The notes: a model not told the origin generated them from the letters alone. Positions 34,085-44,871 are shown, counted from the first letter of the stretch. The stretch is 64,000 bases of DNA from Candidatus Portnoybacteria bacterium (GCA_028688325.1 JAQTYI010000002.1:76379-140378); one strand, 5' to 3'. Made by a program: numbers and translations.

Positions 34085-34738
34085 ATGAACTTCTTTGAAT
34101 TAATAAAATCCCGGCGCAGCATCAGAAAATTTTCCCCTCAAAGCATCAGCCGAGATTTGATAGAAAAAATTATTGAGTCCGGCGCTTACGCCCCGTCCGC
34201 CTGCAATATCCAGGGCTGGCGGTTTGTCGTGGTTGATGAACCTCTGCTCAAAGAAAAAATCTTTGACCTGGGCGGATCCGCCATTATCAGATCGGCGCCT
34301 GTCGTAATCTTAGTTTTCTACGATAACCGCACCACCAATACAGAATACGCCGACTATATCCAAAGCGCCGCCGCCGCCATGCAAAATATGCTGCTGGCCG
34401 CCGCGGAACTGGGCTTGGGCGCCTGCTGGGTGGCCCACCTGCCGCGCAAAAAAGATTTGCGAAAACTTTTTAACTCTCCGAAATATTTTGAGCCGATCGC
34501 CGCGATGCTGCTGGGCTTTAAAGACGGCTCGCCGGACACCGCGATGCCGCGCAAATTTGCCCTGGCCAAGATCGTCGGTTATAATGCCTTTGCCGACATC
34601 GCCGAAAAAACCGGCGCGCCGGACAATCTTTTTTTAAAACGGCTGGCCAGAAAAATATATTATCGCCTGCCCGGCGGCCCGAAAAAACTCTTGAATAATT
34701 TTATCGATAAGAACTTCGTGAAAAAATTTAAAAATTAA
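34085..34738 (+). CDS. Nitroreductase family protein
   Basis: RRSIRKF, APSACNIQGWRF, QNMLLAA..LGLGACW. Confidence 0.92.
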   Translation: MNFFELIKSRRSIRKFSPQSISRDLIEKIIESGAYAPSACNIQGWRFVVVDEPLLKEKIFDLGGSAIIRSAPVVILVFYDNRTTNTEYADYIQSAAAAMQNMLLAAAELGLGACWVAHLPRKKDLRKLFNSPKYFEPIAAMLLGFKDGSPDTAMPRKFALAKIVGYNAFADIAEKTGAPDNLFLKRLARKIYYRLPGGPKKLLNNFIDKNFVKKFKN

Positions 34739-34741
34739 TTT

Positions 34742-35623
34742 ATGCCAAACTACAAGATAACCGGCTTGACCGCTGTCGTGCCGGTCCATAATGAAGAGTT
34801 AATAGTGAAAAAGGTGCTGGAAGACCTGAGGTCTTGCCTCGGGCAATCCGGACTCGACTGGGAGATAATCGCGGTTAATGACGGCTCAAAAGATAAAAGC
34901 CAAGCGATATTGGAAAGTATTTTCGGCATAAAGATCCTTACGCACCCCGAAAACCGCGGTTACGGCGCCAGTTTGAAAACCGGCATCAAAGAAGCGAAAT
35001 ATGACTGGATATTGATAATTGACGCGGACGGTACCTACCCCATCTCCGCCATCCCGGAATTTTTAAATTGCGCCGGCAATTACGATATGGTCAGCGGCTA
35101 CCGCACCGGCAAAAATCACGATGCCCGGTGGCTTGGCCTCCAAAAAATCGTCAAATTCATCCTGAAAAAATTGGTCGGCTATGTCTGCGGCCAAAAAGTC
35201 AGGGACATCAACTGCGGCCTCCGCGTTTTCAGCAAAAAGATAGTCCTGGAGTTTTGGCATCTTTATCCTGAAGGATTTTCCTTCACCACGACCTCGCTGA
35301 CCGCTTTTTTATCCCATGGCTACTCGGTCAAATTCTTGCCCATTGATTATCACCCGCGCCAAGGCAAATCCGGCATCCGGCCCCTGCGGGATTTTTACAA
35401 CTTCATCAATCTTATTCTGAAAATCGCCCTCTTCTTCCGCCCCCTGAAAGTTTTCGCGCCCATCAGCATACTGCTTTTTTTGGCCGGCCTTGTTGTGGCC
35501 GTTTATTCAGCGGTCTTCTTGCCCAAGATCCTGGATACCTCGGTAACCCTGCTCTTTGTTTCTTCTTTGCAAACGCTGTTTTTCGGACTCCTGGCCGCGC
35601 TGATAGTCCGGCGGCCGGAATAA
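34742..35623 (+). CDS. GT2 polyprenol-phosphate glycosyltransferase (DPM1-like)
   Basis: VPVHNEE, VNDGSKD, NRGYGA, DADG; two C-terminal TM helices. Confidence 0.92.
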   Translation: MPNYKITGLTAVVPVHNEELIVKKVLEDLRSCLGQSGLDWEIIAVNDGSKDKSQAILESIFGIKILTHPENRGYGASLKTGIKEAKYDWILIIDADGTYPISAIPEFLNCAGNYDMVSGYRTGKNHDARWLGLQKIVKFILKKLVGYVCGQKVRDINCGLRVFSKKIVLEFWHLYPEGFSFTTTSLTAFLSHGYSVKFLPIDYHPRQGKSGIRPLRDFYNFINLILKIALFFRPLKVFAPISILLFLAGLVVAVYSAVFLPKILDTSVTLLFVSSLQTLFFGLLAALIVRRPE

Positions 35624-35639
35624 TCAGCTAAATCAAAAA

Positions 35640-37052
35640 ATGAAAATCTTATTGATCAGCCCGCCTGATTCCAACGAGATCCTGAGTTGTAATCCGGAAC
35701 TGGTAAAAAAAGAGAGAGGTTGCGACCCGCCGCTGGGTCTTTTATATTTGGCCGGGTATCTGGAAAAACAACCGGGCCTCGAGATAAAAGTTCTGGACAC
35801 GCAAGTTGAAAAGCTGGATTACCGACAGATAGAAGAACGGGTCCGGGAATTTATGCCGGATGTAGTGGGCATGACCATTATGACTTTTACCATTTTTGAT
35901 GTGTTGGAAGTCGTGAAAATCGTTAAGAAAATATCGCCAACTATTAAAGTGGCTCTGGGCGGACCGCACGCACACATCTACCCCAAAGAAACCCTGGACC
36001 TGCCGGGCGTTGATTTTGCCATCTTGGGCGAAGGCGAAGCGGCTTTGGCTGGATTGCTCGCCAACATCAATCAACCGGAAAAATTGAAAATGGTAAAAAA
36101 TCTGGCCTTCAAGCATAACGGCCAATTCATCAATACCGGAGTCCAGGACTTCATCAAGGACCTTGATTCCCTGCCCTTCCCGGCGCGCCATCTTGTCCCC
36201 TACAAAAAATACACCAATCTCTTGGCCAAAAAAACACCCCACACCACCATGTTCACCTCGCGCGGCTGCCCTTACCAGTGCACTTTTTGCGACCGCCCAA
36301 CGATGGGCCGGTTCTTCCGTGCCCGCTCGGCTAAAAACATCGTGGACGAAATGGCGCAATGCGTAAAAATGGGCATCGAAGAAATTTTCATTTACGACGA
36401 CACTTTTACCGTTGACCGCCAGCGCGTTATTGCCATTTGCGACGAAATACAGCGGCGCGGCCTAAAATTCACTTGGGACATTAGGGCGCGCGTTAATACC
36501 GTGGACGAAGAAGTGCTGACCAAATTAAAAGCGGCCGGTTGCGAACGCATCCACTACGGCGTTGAGGCCGGCACTGAAAAGATCCTGAAAGTTCTGAACA
36601 AGGGGATCCACCTGGATCAAGCGCTGGCTGTTTTCCGCCTGACCCAAAAGATCGGCATCTCCACTTTCGCTTATTTTATGATCGGCGCGCCGGAGGAAAC
36701 CAAAGCCGATGTTTTGGCTTCCATTGAATTTGCCAAAAAACTGAACCCTGCTTTCGTCCAGGTGACCACGCTAACGCCTTTTCCGGCAACTAAGATATAT
36801 CTCGACGCGTTGGCCACGGGCCAGATATCCAATGACTACTGGCTGGAATTTGCCCGCCACCCCAAACGGGATTTCCAAACGCCCCACTGGACGAAGATCT
36901 TATCCGAAGAAGAGCTGCGGGAACTCTCAACCCGATTTTATAAAGAATTTTATGTCCGGCCCGGCTACATTTTTAAACAGCTTCTTCAAATAAGGTCTTT
37001 GGGCGAACTTATTAAAAAAAGCAAGGCCGGTTTAAAAATAATCTTCTCTTAA
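35640..37052 (+). CDS. B12-binding radical SAM protein
   Basis: PPLGLLYLA, GGPH, GEGE, SRGCPYQCTFC. Confidence 0.93.
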   Translation: MKILLISPPDSNEILSCNPELVKKERGCDPPLGLLYLAGYLEKQPGLEIKVLDTQVEKLDYRQIEERVREFMPDVVGMTIMTFTIFDVLEVVKIVKKISPTIKVALGGPHAHIYPKETLDLPGVDFAILGEGEAALAGLLANINQPEKLKMVKNLAFKHNGQFINTGVQDFIKDLDSLPFPARHLVPYKKYTNLLAKKTPHTTMFTSRGCPYQCTFCDRPTMGRFFRARSAKNIVDEMAQCVKMGIEEIFIYDDTFTVDRQRVIAICDEIQRRGLKFTWDIRARVNTVDEEVLTKLKAAGCERIHYGVEAGTEKILKVLNKGIHLDQALAVFRLTQKIGISTFAYFMIGAPEETKADVLASIEFAKKLNPAFVQVTTLTPFPATKIYLDALATGQISNDYWLEFARHPKRDFQTPHWTKILSEEELRELSTRFYKEFYVRPGYIFKQLLQIRSLGELIKKSKAGLKIIFS

Positions 37053-37073
37053 ATTATCGCCTTTAAAGATTAT

Positions 37074-37835
37074 ATGCTAAATTTCTTCTCCCGCCTTACC
37101 CAAGAAATCAAATACCAGCGGCAAAATGACTGGACGCTCCGGGAAGTGGGCGCGCATTGGGACGCCACCACGGACTATGACGACATCAACGAACGGACCT
37201 ATTCTTATTTCCGCCGCTTTGTTGACGCCTTCGCTCTCTATCCTGATTTGACGCCCGGCGCCACGCTGGATATCTGCAGCCGCACGGGCAACGGCACAGC
37301 TTACTATTTTGAACGCGGTAAAATTACGGATGTCGTCTGCGCCGATGTTTCCCAAAAAATGCTGGATATCTGCCACCAACACCTCAAAGACAAAAACATT
37401 GAGCACGAATTATCTCTTTTTACGGATTGGCCCCTGCCCTTCGCTGATAAACAATTCGATACTGTCTTGTCTTTTGAAACCATCGAACATATCGCCCAAC
37501 CCGAGGTCTTCCTGAAGGAGCTGGGGCGCGTTATCAAGCCCGGCGGCACCCTCATTCTGACTATGCCCAATATTTTATGGGAAGCTGTTCATTTTCTGGC
37601 CGCGGTCTTCAAATTCCATCACAGCGAAGGCCCGCACACTTTTTTGCGGAAAAAATTCGTGTCCGAGCAACTGGCCAAAAATAATTTTAAGATCCTCGCC
37701 CGGCAAACCACCATTTTAATTCCGGGCGGCCCCAAAAAACTGATAAAGCTGGGTGAGTATCTGGAAAAATTTTTGCCTGCTTTTATTGTTGACTTTCTGG
37801 GCCTGCGACACATTTTTATCTGCCAAAAAATTTAG
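37074..37835 (+). CDS. Class I SAM-dependent methyltransferase
   Basis: LDICSRTG, LPFADKQFD, ETIEHI, RVIKPGG. Confidence 0.88.
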   Translation: MLNFFSRLTQEIKYQRQNDWTLREVGAHWDATTDYDDINERTYSYFRRFVDAFALYPDLTPGATLDICSRTGNGTAYYFERGKITDVVCADVSQKMLDICHQHLKDKNIEHELSLFTDWPLPFADKQFDTVLSFETIEHIAQPEVFLKELGRVIKPGGTLILTMPNILWEAVHFLAAVFKFHHSEGPHTFLRKKFVSEQLAKNNFKILARQTTILIPGGPKKLIKLGEYLEKFLPAFIVDFLGLRHIFICQKI

Positions 37836-37840
37836 CTCGC

Positions 37841-37965
37841 ATGAATCCCGTTAGAAGCCGCGATTGCGCCAGGATAAAACAGAATTTACATATCACTTTA
37901 TAATAATACTAAATCCGTCGTAGCTCGTGATTTTTCAGATCGCGATCTGCTTCTAACGGGATGAA
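37841..37965. mobile_element. MITE-like element inserted at a start codon
   Basis: Terminal inverted repeats TCCCGTTAGAAGC / GCTTCTAACGGGA, flanked by a direct repeat ATGAA at 37841-37845 and 37961-37965. Confidence 0.7.
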
Positions 37966-39385
37966 AATACTTTTAATCGTTCCTCCCTACACCAACTTTG
38001 AAGGCATGAAAGAATCCGGCGGCCATATGCTTTCGCTGGGACTGGCCTACATCGCGGCCTATTTGCGTTCAAAAAGCGACGACCAAATAGAAATATTGGA
38101 CACGGAAGTGGAAGGGTTGAATTATGACCAGATAAAAGACCGGATAAAAAAATATAGCCCGGATATCTGCGGCTTCAACTGCCCTACGCCGACCATGGCC
38201 CATGTCGGCCGCCTAACCGCCCTGATAAAGCAAGTTTTGCCCGCCTGCCAAGTGATCCTGGGCGGTATCCATCCCACGGTCATGCCGAACGAATCCCTCC
38301 AAGAAACCGGCGCCGATTTTGCGGTCATCGGCGAAGGCGAAATAACTTTTTATGAACTGATCGAAGCCCTGAAGCAAAAACAAACTGACCTTTCAAAAAC
38401 ACCCGGGCTGGCTTGGCGCATCGGCCAAAAAATCATCCTCAACGCGCCGCGCGAATTCATCAATGACCTGGATGCTCTGCCTTTCCCGGCGCGAGATCTA
38501 TTCGACCTGCCACTTTATTATTCCGCGCCAACCAAAAAAGTTAGCAAGGAGAACGCTACTCCCATCTTAACTTCGCGCGGCTGCCCTTTTAATTGTATCC
38601 ATTGCTGTTCCCGCGTGGTCTGGCAAGGCCGGTTGCGCTTCCGCTCGGCTCAAAATGTTCTGGCGGAGATCGAAGAATGCATCAATAAATACGACCTGAA
38701 AGAATTCAATTTTTTTGACGACACCTTTACCGCTAACCGCGCTCGCGTTATAGAAATATGCCGGGGACTGATTAACCGCCGTCTTAATATTTCCTGGATC
38801 TGTTTTTCCCGGGCTAATACCATAGACAAGGAGCTGGCGGCCATTATGAAGCGGGCCGGCTGCCAAAAGATATCCTTTGGCCTGGAAAGCGGTTCTCAAG
38901 AAATTCTGAACTTGATGAGAAAAAATACCACGCTGGCCATGGCGCGCCAAGCGGTCGCCGATGTCGCCAACAGTAATATTGCGGTCCATGCGAGCTTCAT
39001 GCTGGGAAATGTGGGCGAAACCGAAAACACCATAAAAGAAACCTTGGCTTTTGCTAAAGGCCTGCCGCTGGATAATGCCACTTTTTTCATCACCTCCCCT
39101 TTCCCCGGCACCGACCTCTACGATATCGCCCGGCGCCTCGGCAGCATCAACAGCCGGACCCGCTGGGAAGAATTCGCCCCGCTAACCAACGCTTCTCCCA
39201 TCCTCGTGCAAAAGAATGTTTCCAAGGAACGCCTGATATACTGGCAAAAGCGCGCCTTCCGGGAGTTTTACCTCCGGCCAAAATATATCATCAGGAAATT
39301 ACGCCTGCTGACTTCCTGGAGCGGCATAAAAACCCTGCTGGAAGGATTAAGAATTCTTATCAGGATAATATTTAAGAAAATTTAG
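37961..39385 (+). CDS. B12-binding radical SAM protein
   Basis: LGLAYIAA, GGIHPT, GEGE, SRGCPFNCIHC. Confidence 0.93.
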   Translation: MKILLIVPPYTNFEGMKESGGHMLSLGLAYIAAYLRSKSDDQIEILDTEVEGLNYDQIKDRIKKYSPDICGFNCPTPTMAHVGRLTALIKQVLPACQVILGGIHPTVMPNESLQETGADFAVIGEGEITFYELIEALKQKQTDLSKTPGLAWRIGQKIILNAPREFINDLDALPFPARDLFDLPLYYSAPTKKVSKENATPILTSRGCPFNCIHCCSRVVWQGRLRFRSAQNVLAEIEECINKYDLKEFNFFDDTFTANRARVIEICRGLINRRLNISWICFSRANTIDKELAAIMKRAGCQKISFGLESGSQEILNLMRKNTTLAMARQAVADVANSNIAVHASFMLGNVGETENTIKETLAFAKGLPLDNATFFITSPFPGTDLYDIARRLGSINSRTRWEEFAPLTNASPILVQKNVSKERLIYWQKRAFREFYLRPKYIIRKLRLLTSWSGIKTLLEGLRILIRIIFKKI

Positions 39386-39386
39386 C

Positions 39387-40805
39387 ATGCCAAACAACAA
39401 ATGTCTTTTCGTTTATGTCGGACAATCGGATATGGGATTCACTTTGGCCGGCCAAAGGGACTATGGCATGAAAAGAGAGCCCCAAATCGGGTTTGCCTAT
39501 CTTAGCGCTGTTTTGCAACAACAAAATGTTGACTCGGAAATTTTAGACCTGACAATTCATCCCCACACCAAAGAATCGCTAAATGACTATATTGGGAAAA
39601 CTGATCCGATTTTTGTCGGCTTCTACGCCGCTGCCGCCATCAAGGATTGCCTGATCGGTTTTTTGCGGTCAACCCGGCAGAAACTTCCGAACTTAAAAAT
39701 ATTCGTCGGCGGGCCGGATATGTTTGAGTATAAAGATTACATAGCGGCCGGCGCGGATATTTACTGCTTAGGGGAGGGAGAAAGAACCATTGTAGAATTG
39801 CTTGACTGGTGCCAAGGGAAAAAAGAAAAACACCAGATTAAAGGCATCGCTTATAAAGACGGTGCCGGCAAATTTCACCAGGCCCCAGCGCAAGAGTTTA
39901 TTAAAAATCTTGATGAGCTCCCCTTTCCGGCTTGGGATAAGTTCGACCTGAATAATTATTACGATTATCATGTTTTTGATATGGCTCAACCCTACGCCAC
40001 TATTATGGCCTCACGCGGCTGCCCCTTTAAATGCAGCTACTGCCTTTCCAATAAGATTTGGGGCGGCGTTTGCCGGCGGCGTTCTCCGGATAATGTTCTG
40101 GCGGAAATTGATTATTTGGTGCAAAAACGCGGCGTCAAATATATTAAATTCCAAGATGACATTTGGGCGCTGCTGGATATTAATTGGGCCACGGAATTTT
40201 GCCAAAAATTAATAAACCGGAAATATAATTTAAAGTGGCGGTGTATATTACACCCAACCAGCTTTTTAAATAATCGCGATAAAATTCTCCCGTTAATGAA
40301 AAAAGCTGGCTGCACCTCCGTGACCATCGGCTTGCAATCCGTCTCCGCCAGGATCTTGAAAAATATCCATCGCGATCCGGGACAACCGGCCGCTTTAGCC
40401 AACCTGGTCAGCCAGGCAAAAAAAGCCGGCCTGCTAAACAGCGTTGACTTCATTTTCGGCCTGCCGGGCGAAACCGAAGAAACCATTGAAGAAAATATCA
40501 AGTTTGCGATAAAGGTCAAGCCGACTTTTTGCGGCTTCTATGCTCTGTCTATTCTGACCGGCTCGGATATTTGGCAAGACCAAAAGCAAGGAAAATTCCA
40601 AGGCCTGCCGGAAGATATTGTTCAAAAAAGATGCAAAGAAGCCGCCCGGCGCTTTTATACTGATCCCGGCGTCTTTTTTAACACCTTCTTTTCTATCATG
40701 AAAACAAATCCTAAATGGATATTGCGGGCCCTGGGCCACACCAAGTATTTATTAAATCTTTCCGGCGTTTTAGGCAAAAAAACGATTAATGTTAACCGAC
40801 AATAA
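39387..40805 (+). CDS. B12-binding radical SAM protein
   Basis: PQIGFAYL, GGPD, GEGE, SRGCPFKCSYC. Close paralog of 41720-43135. Confidence 0.92.
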   Translation: MPNNKCLFVYVGQSDMGFTLAGQRDYGMKREPQIGFAYLSAVLQQQNVDSEILDLTIHPHTKESLNDYIGKTDPIFVGFYAAAAIKDCLIGFLRSTRQKLPNLKIFVGGPDMFEYKDYIAAGADIYCLGEGERTIVELLDWCQGKKEKHQIKGIAYKDGAGKFHQAPAQEFIKNLDELPFPAWDKFDLNNYYDYHVFDMAQPYATIMASRGCPFKCSYCLSNKIWGGVCRRRSPDNVLAEIDYLVQKRGVKYIKFQDDIWALLDINWATEFCQKLINRKYNLKWRCILHPTSFLNNRDKILPLMKKAGCTSVTIGLQSVSARILKNIHRDPGQPAALANLVSQAKKAGLLNSVDFIFGLPGETEETIEENIKFAIKVKPTFCGFYALSILTGSDIWQDQKQGKFQGLPEDIVQKRCKEAARRFYTDPGVFFNTFFSIMKTNPKWILRALGHTKYLLNLSGVLGKKTINVNRQ

Positions 40806-40807
40806 TT

Positions 40808-41716
40808 ATGCTAAAAAAATTTCTTAAAAAAAGTTATCTGCTCATCGGCCTGGCTATCTTTGTTTGGGTTATGAAAGATATTAATTTTGCCGAGCTCGTT
40901 AAAATAATTCCCAATATAAATATCTGGTATTATATTTTGGCTCTTGTTTTATATCTGCCCGTCGCGCTGCTCAAATCCTACCGATGGAAAAAGATCCTGG
41001 AAATTCAAGGCATCGTCTATTCCTTTAAGGATGCTTTCTATATTTATAACTCCAGCCTGCTGCTGGGCTTGGTCACGCCGGGCAGGATAGGTGATGCCAG
41101 CAAGGTTCTCTACCTGAAAAAAGATAACCGATCTTTCGGGCAAGCGGTTTTTGGCGTCCTCTTTGACAAGGTCTCCGACTTGGTTTTTGTGGCTTTGTTC
41201 TTAGCGATCACTTTTCCTTTCTTGCCTCTGGTCCCGCGTCTGGCCGTCAATTACCCCGCTCTTTTTCAATTTTCCTTGCTCGTTGGCGGGTCGGCAATCA
41301 TTCTTTTCTCTTTCGTCTATTTTAAAAAAAATAGCCGGCTACGCCAGCTGACCCTGAGGACTATAGAAGAACTCAAGAAATTCAAGATAAAAGATGACCT
41401 CTACCTGTTGATCCTGACCGCTTTCACTTGGTTCATCTATTTTTTCATGATCTATCTTATCGCGGTCAGCGTCGGCATCAATAGCCAAATCGGATTTTTC
41501 TACTTAGCTTTTTCCGCCGCCCTGATAACTTTAGCCGCCCTCTTGCCAATCTCGGTTCTGGGCATCGGCACCCGAGAAGCCGCCTTATTATTTTTTCTGC
41601 TACCGCTGGGATTAAATAAAGAAACTATCGTCCTTTTTTCGCTGCTGATAACCTTCAATTATCTCGGCCTTTTTCTGATCTGCTTCTATGCCTGGTTCAA
41701 AAAACCGATGGTATAA
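40808..41716 (+). CDS. Flippase-like membrane protein (lysylphosphatidylglycerol synthase TM / UPF0104 family)
   Basis: RWK.IL, TPGRIGD, DKVSD, LPISVLGIGTREAA. Confidence 0.85.
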   Translation: MLKKFLKKSYLLIGLAIFVWVMKDINFAELVKIIPNINIWYYILALVLYLPVALLKSYRWKKILEIQGIVYSFKDAFYIYNSSLLLGLVTPGRIGDASKVLYLKKDNRSFGQAVFGVLFDKVSDLVFVALFLAITFPFLPLVPRLAVNYPALFQFSLLVGGSAIILFSFVYFKKNSRLRQLTLRTIEELKKFKIKDDLYLLILTAFTWFIYFFMIYLIAVSVGINSQIGFFYLAFSAALITLAALLPISVLGIGTREAALLFFLLPLGLNKETIVLFSLLITFNYLGLFLICFYAWFKKPMV

Positions 41717-41719
41717 AGA

Positions 41720-43135
41720 TTATTTTATGCTTTTACTTTTAACTTTGGAAAGGCCGGAAAGATCAAACACATAATCCAGGTGCCTTAAAGCCAGCAAGGG
41801 CCAGGCCGGATTCCTTTTCAGCATAAATTTGAGGATATTGAAAACTACTGCCGGATTCGTGAAAAAACGCCGGGAGGCCTCTTTGCATTTTTTATCCAAA
41901 AGCTCCCTGGGCAAGGACTGATAATTCCCTTCTTCTTTCGCCTGCCAGATATCAGAACCCGGCAATAAGGACAGCACATAGAAAGCCGTGAAGGTCGGTT
42001 TCACTTTCAAAGAATAACGGATAGATTCCTCGATGGTCTCCTCGGTCTCGCCCGGCAAGCCGAAAATGAAAGCCGTACTGTTCAAAATGTCTTCTTGCTT
42101 CATCACCTCTATCAATTTAGCCAAGGCCTCCGGTTCCGCGGGGCTTCTTTTTATATTCCGCAATATCTTAGACGAAGCGGATTGCAAACCGGTATTTATG
42201 GATGTGCAACCGGCCTCTCTCATCCTCGGCAAAATTTCCTTTTGGCTTTTCAGAAAACTCATCGGATGCAAAATGCACCGCCAAGTTAAATCATACTTCC
42301 GGTTTTTTATTTCGCGGCATATTTCTTTGGCCCAGCCATCATTCTGCCACGACCAGATGTCATCCTGAAAAGTGATGGTTTTGACCCCGAGCTCCCTGAC
42401 CAGATAATCTATCTCCCTCATCACATGCCCAACCGAACGCAAACGATACTTGCCCTGCCAAATTTTGTGGGAAACGCAATAAGCGCAACAAAAAGGACAG
42501 CCCCGGGAAGCCATAATGGATGTATGGGGCGGCCGCATGTCAAAAACATGATAGTCGTAATAATTGTTCAGATCGAATTTATCCCAGGCCGGAACGGGCA
42601 GCTCATCCAAATTTTCTATCAACTCCCTCGGCGGCGTGGAAATTATCTGTCCGCCTTCTTTATAAGCAATCCCTTTTATGTCGTTCCGCCGTTTTTTACC
42701 GGCCGCGTAGTCGATCAATTCCGCCATAGTTCGCTCGCCTTCGCCCAAGCAATAGGCGTCAGCGCCCGCGTTAAGATAGGCGGCGAAATCATAAACATCC
42801 GGCCCGCCGACGAATATTTTCAGGTCCGGGAACCTTTGATGGAGAAATTCTATGAATTCCACCAAATTATCTTTTATGGCCGCGGCCGCGTAGAGGCCGA
42901 CAAACAACGGCGCCAGGGCCGCCACATAATCAGCCAGCCATTCCTTGTTATGGGATTGGACGGTAAAATCAAGGATTTCCGGCTCCACCCCGCGCTCTCG
43001 TGCCACGGCAGCCAAATAAGCCGAGCCGATCTGCGGCTCTCTCTTTATCCCGTAGTCCCTCTTTTTGGCCAGCATATAATCCATATCCGTCTGGCCGACA
43101 TAAATAAAAACGCATTTCTTTGAGATATTATTCAT
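41720..43135 (-). CDS. B12-binding radical SAM protein
   Basis: PQIGSAYL, GGPD, GEGE, SRGCPFCCAYC. Confidence 0.92.
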   Translation of the reverse strand: MNNISKKCVFIYVGQTDMDYMLAKKRDYGIKREPQIGSAYLAAVARERGVEPEILDFTVQSHNKEWLADYVAALAPLFVGLYAAAAIKDNLVEFIEFLHQRFPDLKIFVGGPDVYDFAAYLNAGADAYCLGEGERTMAELIDYAAGKKRRNDIKGIAYKEGGQIISTPPRELIENLDELPVPAWDKFDLNNYYDYHVFDMRPPHTSIMASRGCPFCCAYCVSHKIWQGKYRLRSVGHVMREIDYLVRELGVKTITFQDDIWSWQNDGWAKEICREIKNRKYDLTWRCILHPMSFLKSQKEILPRMREAGCTSINTGLQSASSKILRNIKRSPAEPEALAKLIEVMKQEDILNSTAFIFGLPGETEETIEESIRYSLKVKPTFTAFYVLSLLPGSDIWQAKEEGNYQSLPRELLDKKCKEASRRFFTNPAVVFNILKFMLKRNPAWPLLALRHLDYVFDLSGLSKVKSKSIK

Positions 43136-43145
43136 ATATTTGACC

Positions 43146-44852
43146 CTATCTGACCAGATTAAGGATAAATGACTTTATAGGAGAAATTTTCGGTTCGCCG
43201 GCCGAAGAGAGGCCGTCGGTCAGGTTTATGGCGCCCGATGACTCGGTGATCTTTTTAGACAGTTCGCTGTCATAAGCCATAATATAGCCGACTTTAAAAT
43301 CAGCAAAGGCCTCCTTAATTTTATTTTCCGCCAGCAGCTTTTTTACGGTTGCCTCACGGAAGATAACAATAGATTTTTCCGCCAGATAATTCAACAAAAC
43401 GGCATCCTGAGTATCCGAGCTAAAAGCGATAACCCGATCGGACTTTATATCGCGGCTTTTTATCTGGGCAAGATAATGCTCTGTTCTCGCGGAGTTACCG
43501 TTATAAACATTGCCGAACACCACATGGTCGGCTAAAAAAATGCTATACGCGAAAATGAAGATCAAAAAGAAAGAAAAAATCAGATTATTCTTAGCGGATA
43601 AACCAAGCTTTTCTTTGAGGATATCAATCAGATAAAATATCCCTAAAGAAGCTAACAGCGGCATCGCCCAGGAAAAATCCATCAGGTGGGGCCGCGAAGC
43701 CAAAACGACAAAAGACAGCAAGAGAATTGTTGTTGTCACCCAAAAAATAAAAAACTTATAGAGATCTTCGTCTTTGCGTCTTAAATAGAATAAACCTAGT
43801 AGCGCCAGGAACATCACGACCGGTCCGCCGGCCTCTTGCAACGAGAAAAAATAGCCCAGATGCCCGGCTAAAAGCAACCCGCCCAAAGGCAACCTTTCCC
43901 AAAAAGCCGCGCTACCCTCGCCGGTGTTCCCCAGCACTTTCTTTAATTGTAAAGATTCCATAAATCCGGCATTTTTTATTCCGGCATTATAGCTATCCAA
44001 AAAACTCTGTCTCTCGAAGTGATAAGTATAGGGATCCGGGTATAAGTGGCCGTAAAGCGAGAAATCCTGGAAGCTGTTTTCCGACTGGGCGTTGGAAAAA
44101 AATAATTTTGAATAGACATTCCCGCCTTCTTGGCTGAAAAAAGACGGAATGTAAAAAACCGATAGAATTAAAACTACCGGAATAAAAAGCGGGATTAGCA
44201 GCCGGCGAGAACGGTAGAGCCAAAAATATAAAAATAAAATGGGGATGAGCAGCAGAAAGGCCTCTCTGGCCAAGGCCGCCAAAACCAGGCAGATCCCGGC
44301 CGAAAACAGCCAGATATTTTCTCGGCGTGCACCGCGGCCAAAAACAAAACACAGGAAGAAAAGCGACAAAAATAAAAATGCAAATTCATAACTCCCGATA
44401 GAATAGATTTGCTGCCAAAGGATCGGGGTTAACGCGTAGAGTGCCGAAAACAAAGCGGCGGCTCCAAACCCGTAAAGGCGGCGGACAACCACGGCGAATA
44501 TCAATAGCGCCAAACAATTCAATAGGATAGAAACAATAACCAAAACATCCGGCGACAACGGACCCGTCACCTTGAACAGGGCGGCATATAAATAAGTGGT
44601 CAACTTATTGCCGGCTAAGGCAACTTCCGCCTCATCTTTGACCAACGATGGCGCCAAAAAAACATTTAATTTATTTTCAAAGCCAAAAACGCCGGTCTGC
44701 TGAAAATTCTTCGCGATAACCAGCGAGTCCTTTATCTTATACGGCGCCTGGCCTTTGAACAGCACCGGCGCGTACCAGACACAAAAACTGCCGATAAATA
44801 TCGTTGTAAAAAATAACAAAAGAAGGACTATTTTTTTTATTGAACTGCTCAT
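43146..44852 (-). CDS. GT-C (ArnT/PMT-like) integral membrane glycosyltransferase
   Basis: More than 10 hydrophobic helices with an ArnT-like pattern (RRLYG...ALFSALYALTP, LAALAR) and a soluble C-terminus. Confidence 0.65.
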   Translation of the reverse strand: MSSSIKKIVLLLLFFTTIFIGSFCVWYAPVLFKGQAPYKIKDSLVIAKNFQQTGVFGFENKLNVFLAPSLVKDEAEVALAGNKLTTYLYAALFKVTGPLSPDVLVIVSILLNCLALLIFAVVVRRLYGFGAAALFSALYALTPILWQQIYSIGSYEFAFLFLSLFFLCFVFGRGARRENIWLFSAGICLVLAALAREAFLLLIPILFLYFWLYRSRRLLIPLFIPVVLILSVFYIPSFFSQEGGNVYSKLFFSNAQSENSFQDFSLYGHLYPDPYTYHFERQSFLDSYNAGIKNAGFMESLQLKKVLGNTGEGSAAFWERLPLGGLLLAGHLGYFFSLQEAGGPVVMFLALLGLFYLRRKDEDLYKFFIFWVTTTILLLSFVVLASRPHLMDFSWAMPLLASLGIFYLIDILKEKLGLSAKNNLIFSFFLIFIFAYSIFLADHVVFGNVYNGNSARTEHYLAQIKSRDIKSDRVIAFSSDTQDAVLLNYLAEKSIVIFREATVKKLLAENKIKEAFADFKVGYIMAYDSELSKKITESSGAINLTDGLSSAGEPKISPIKSFILNLVR

Positions 44853-44871
44853 AAACTTTTTATAATTATAA

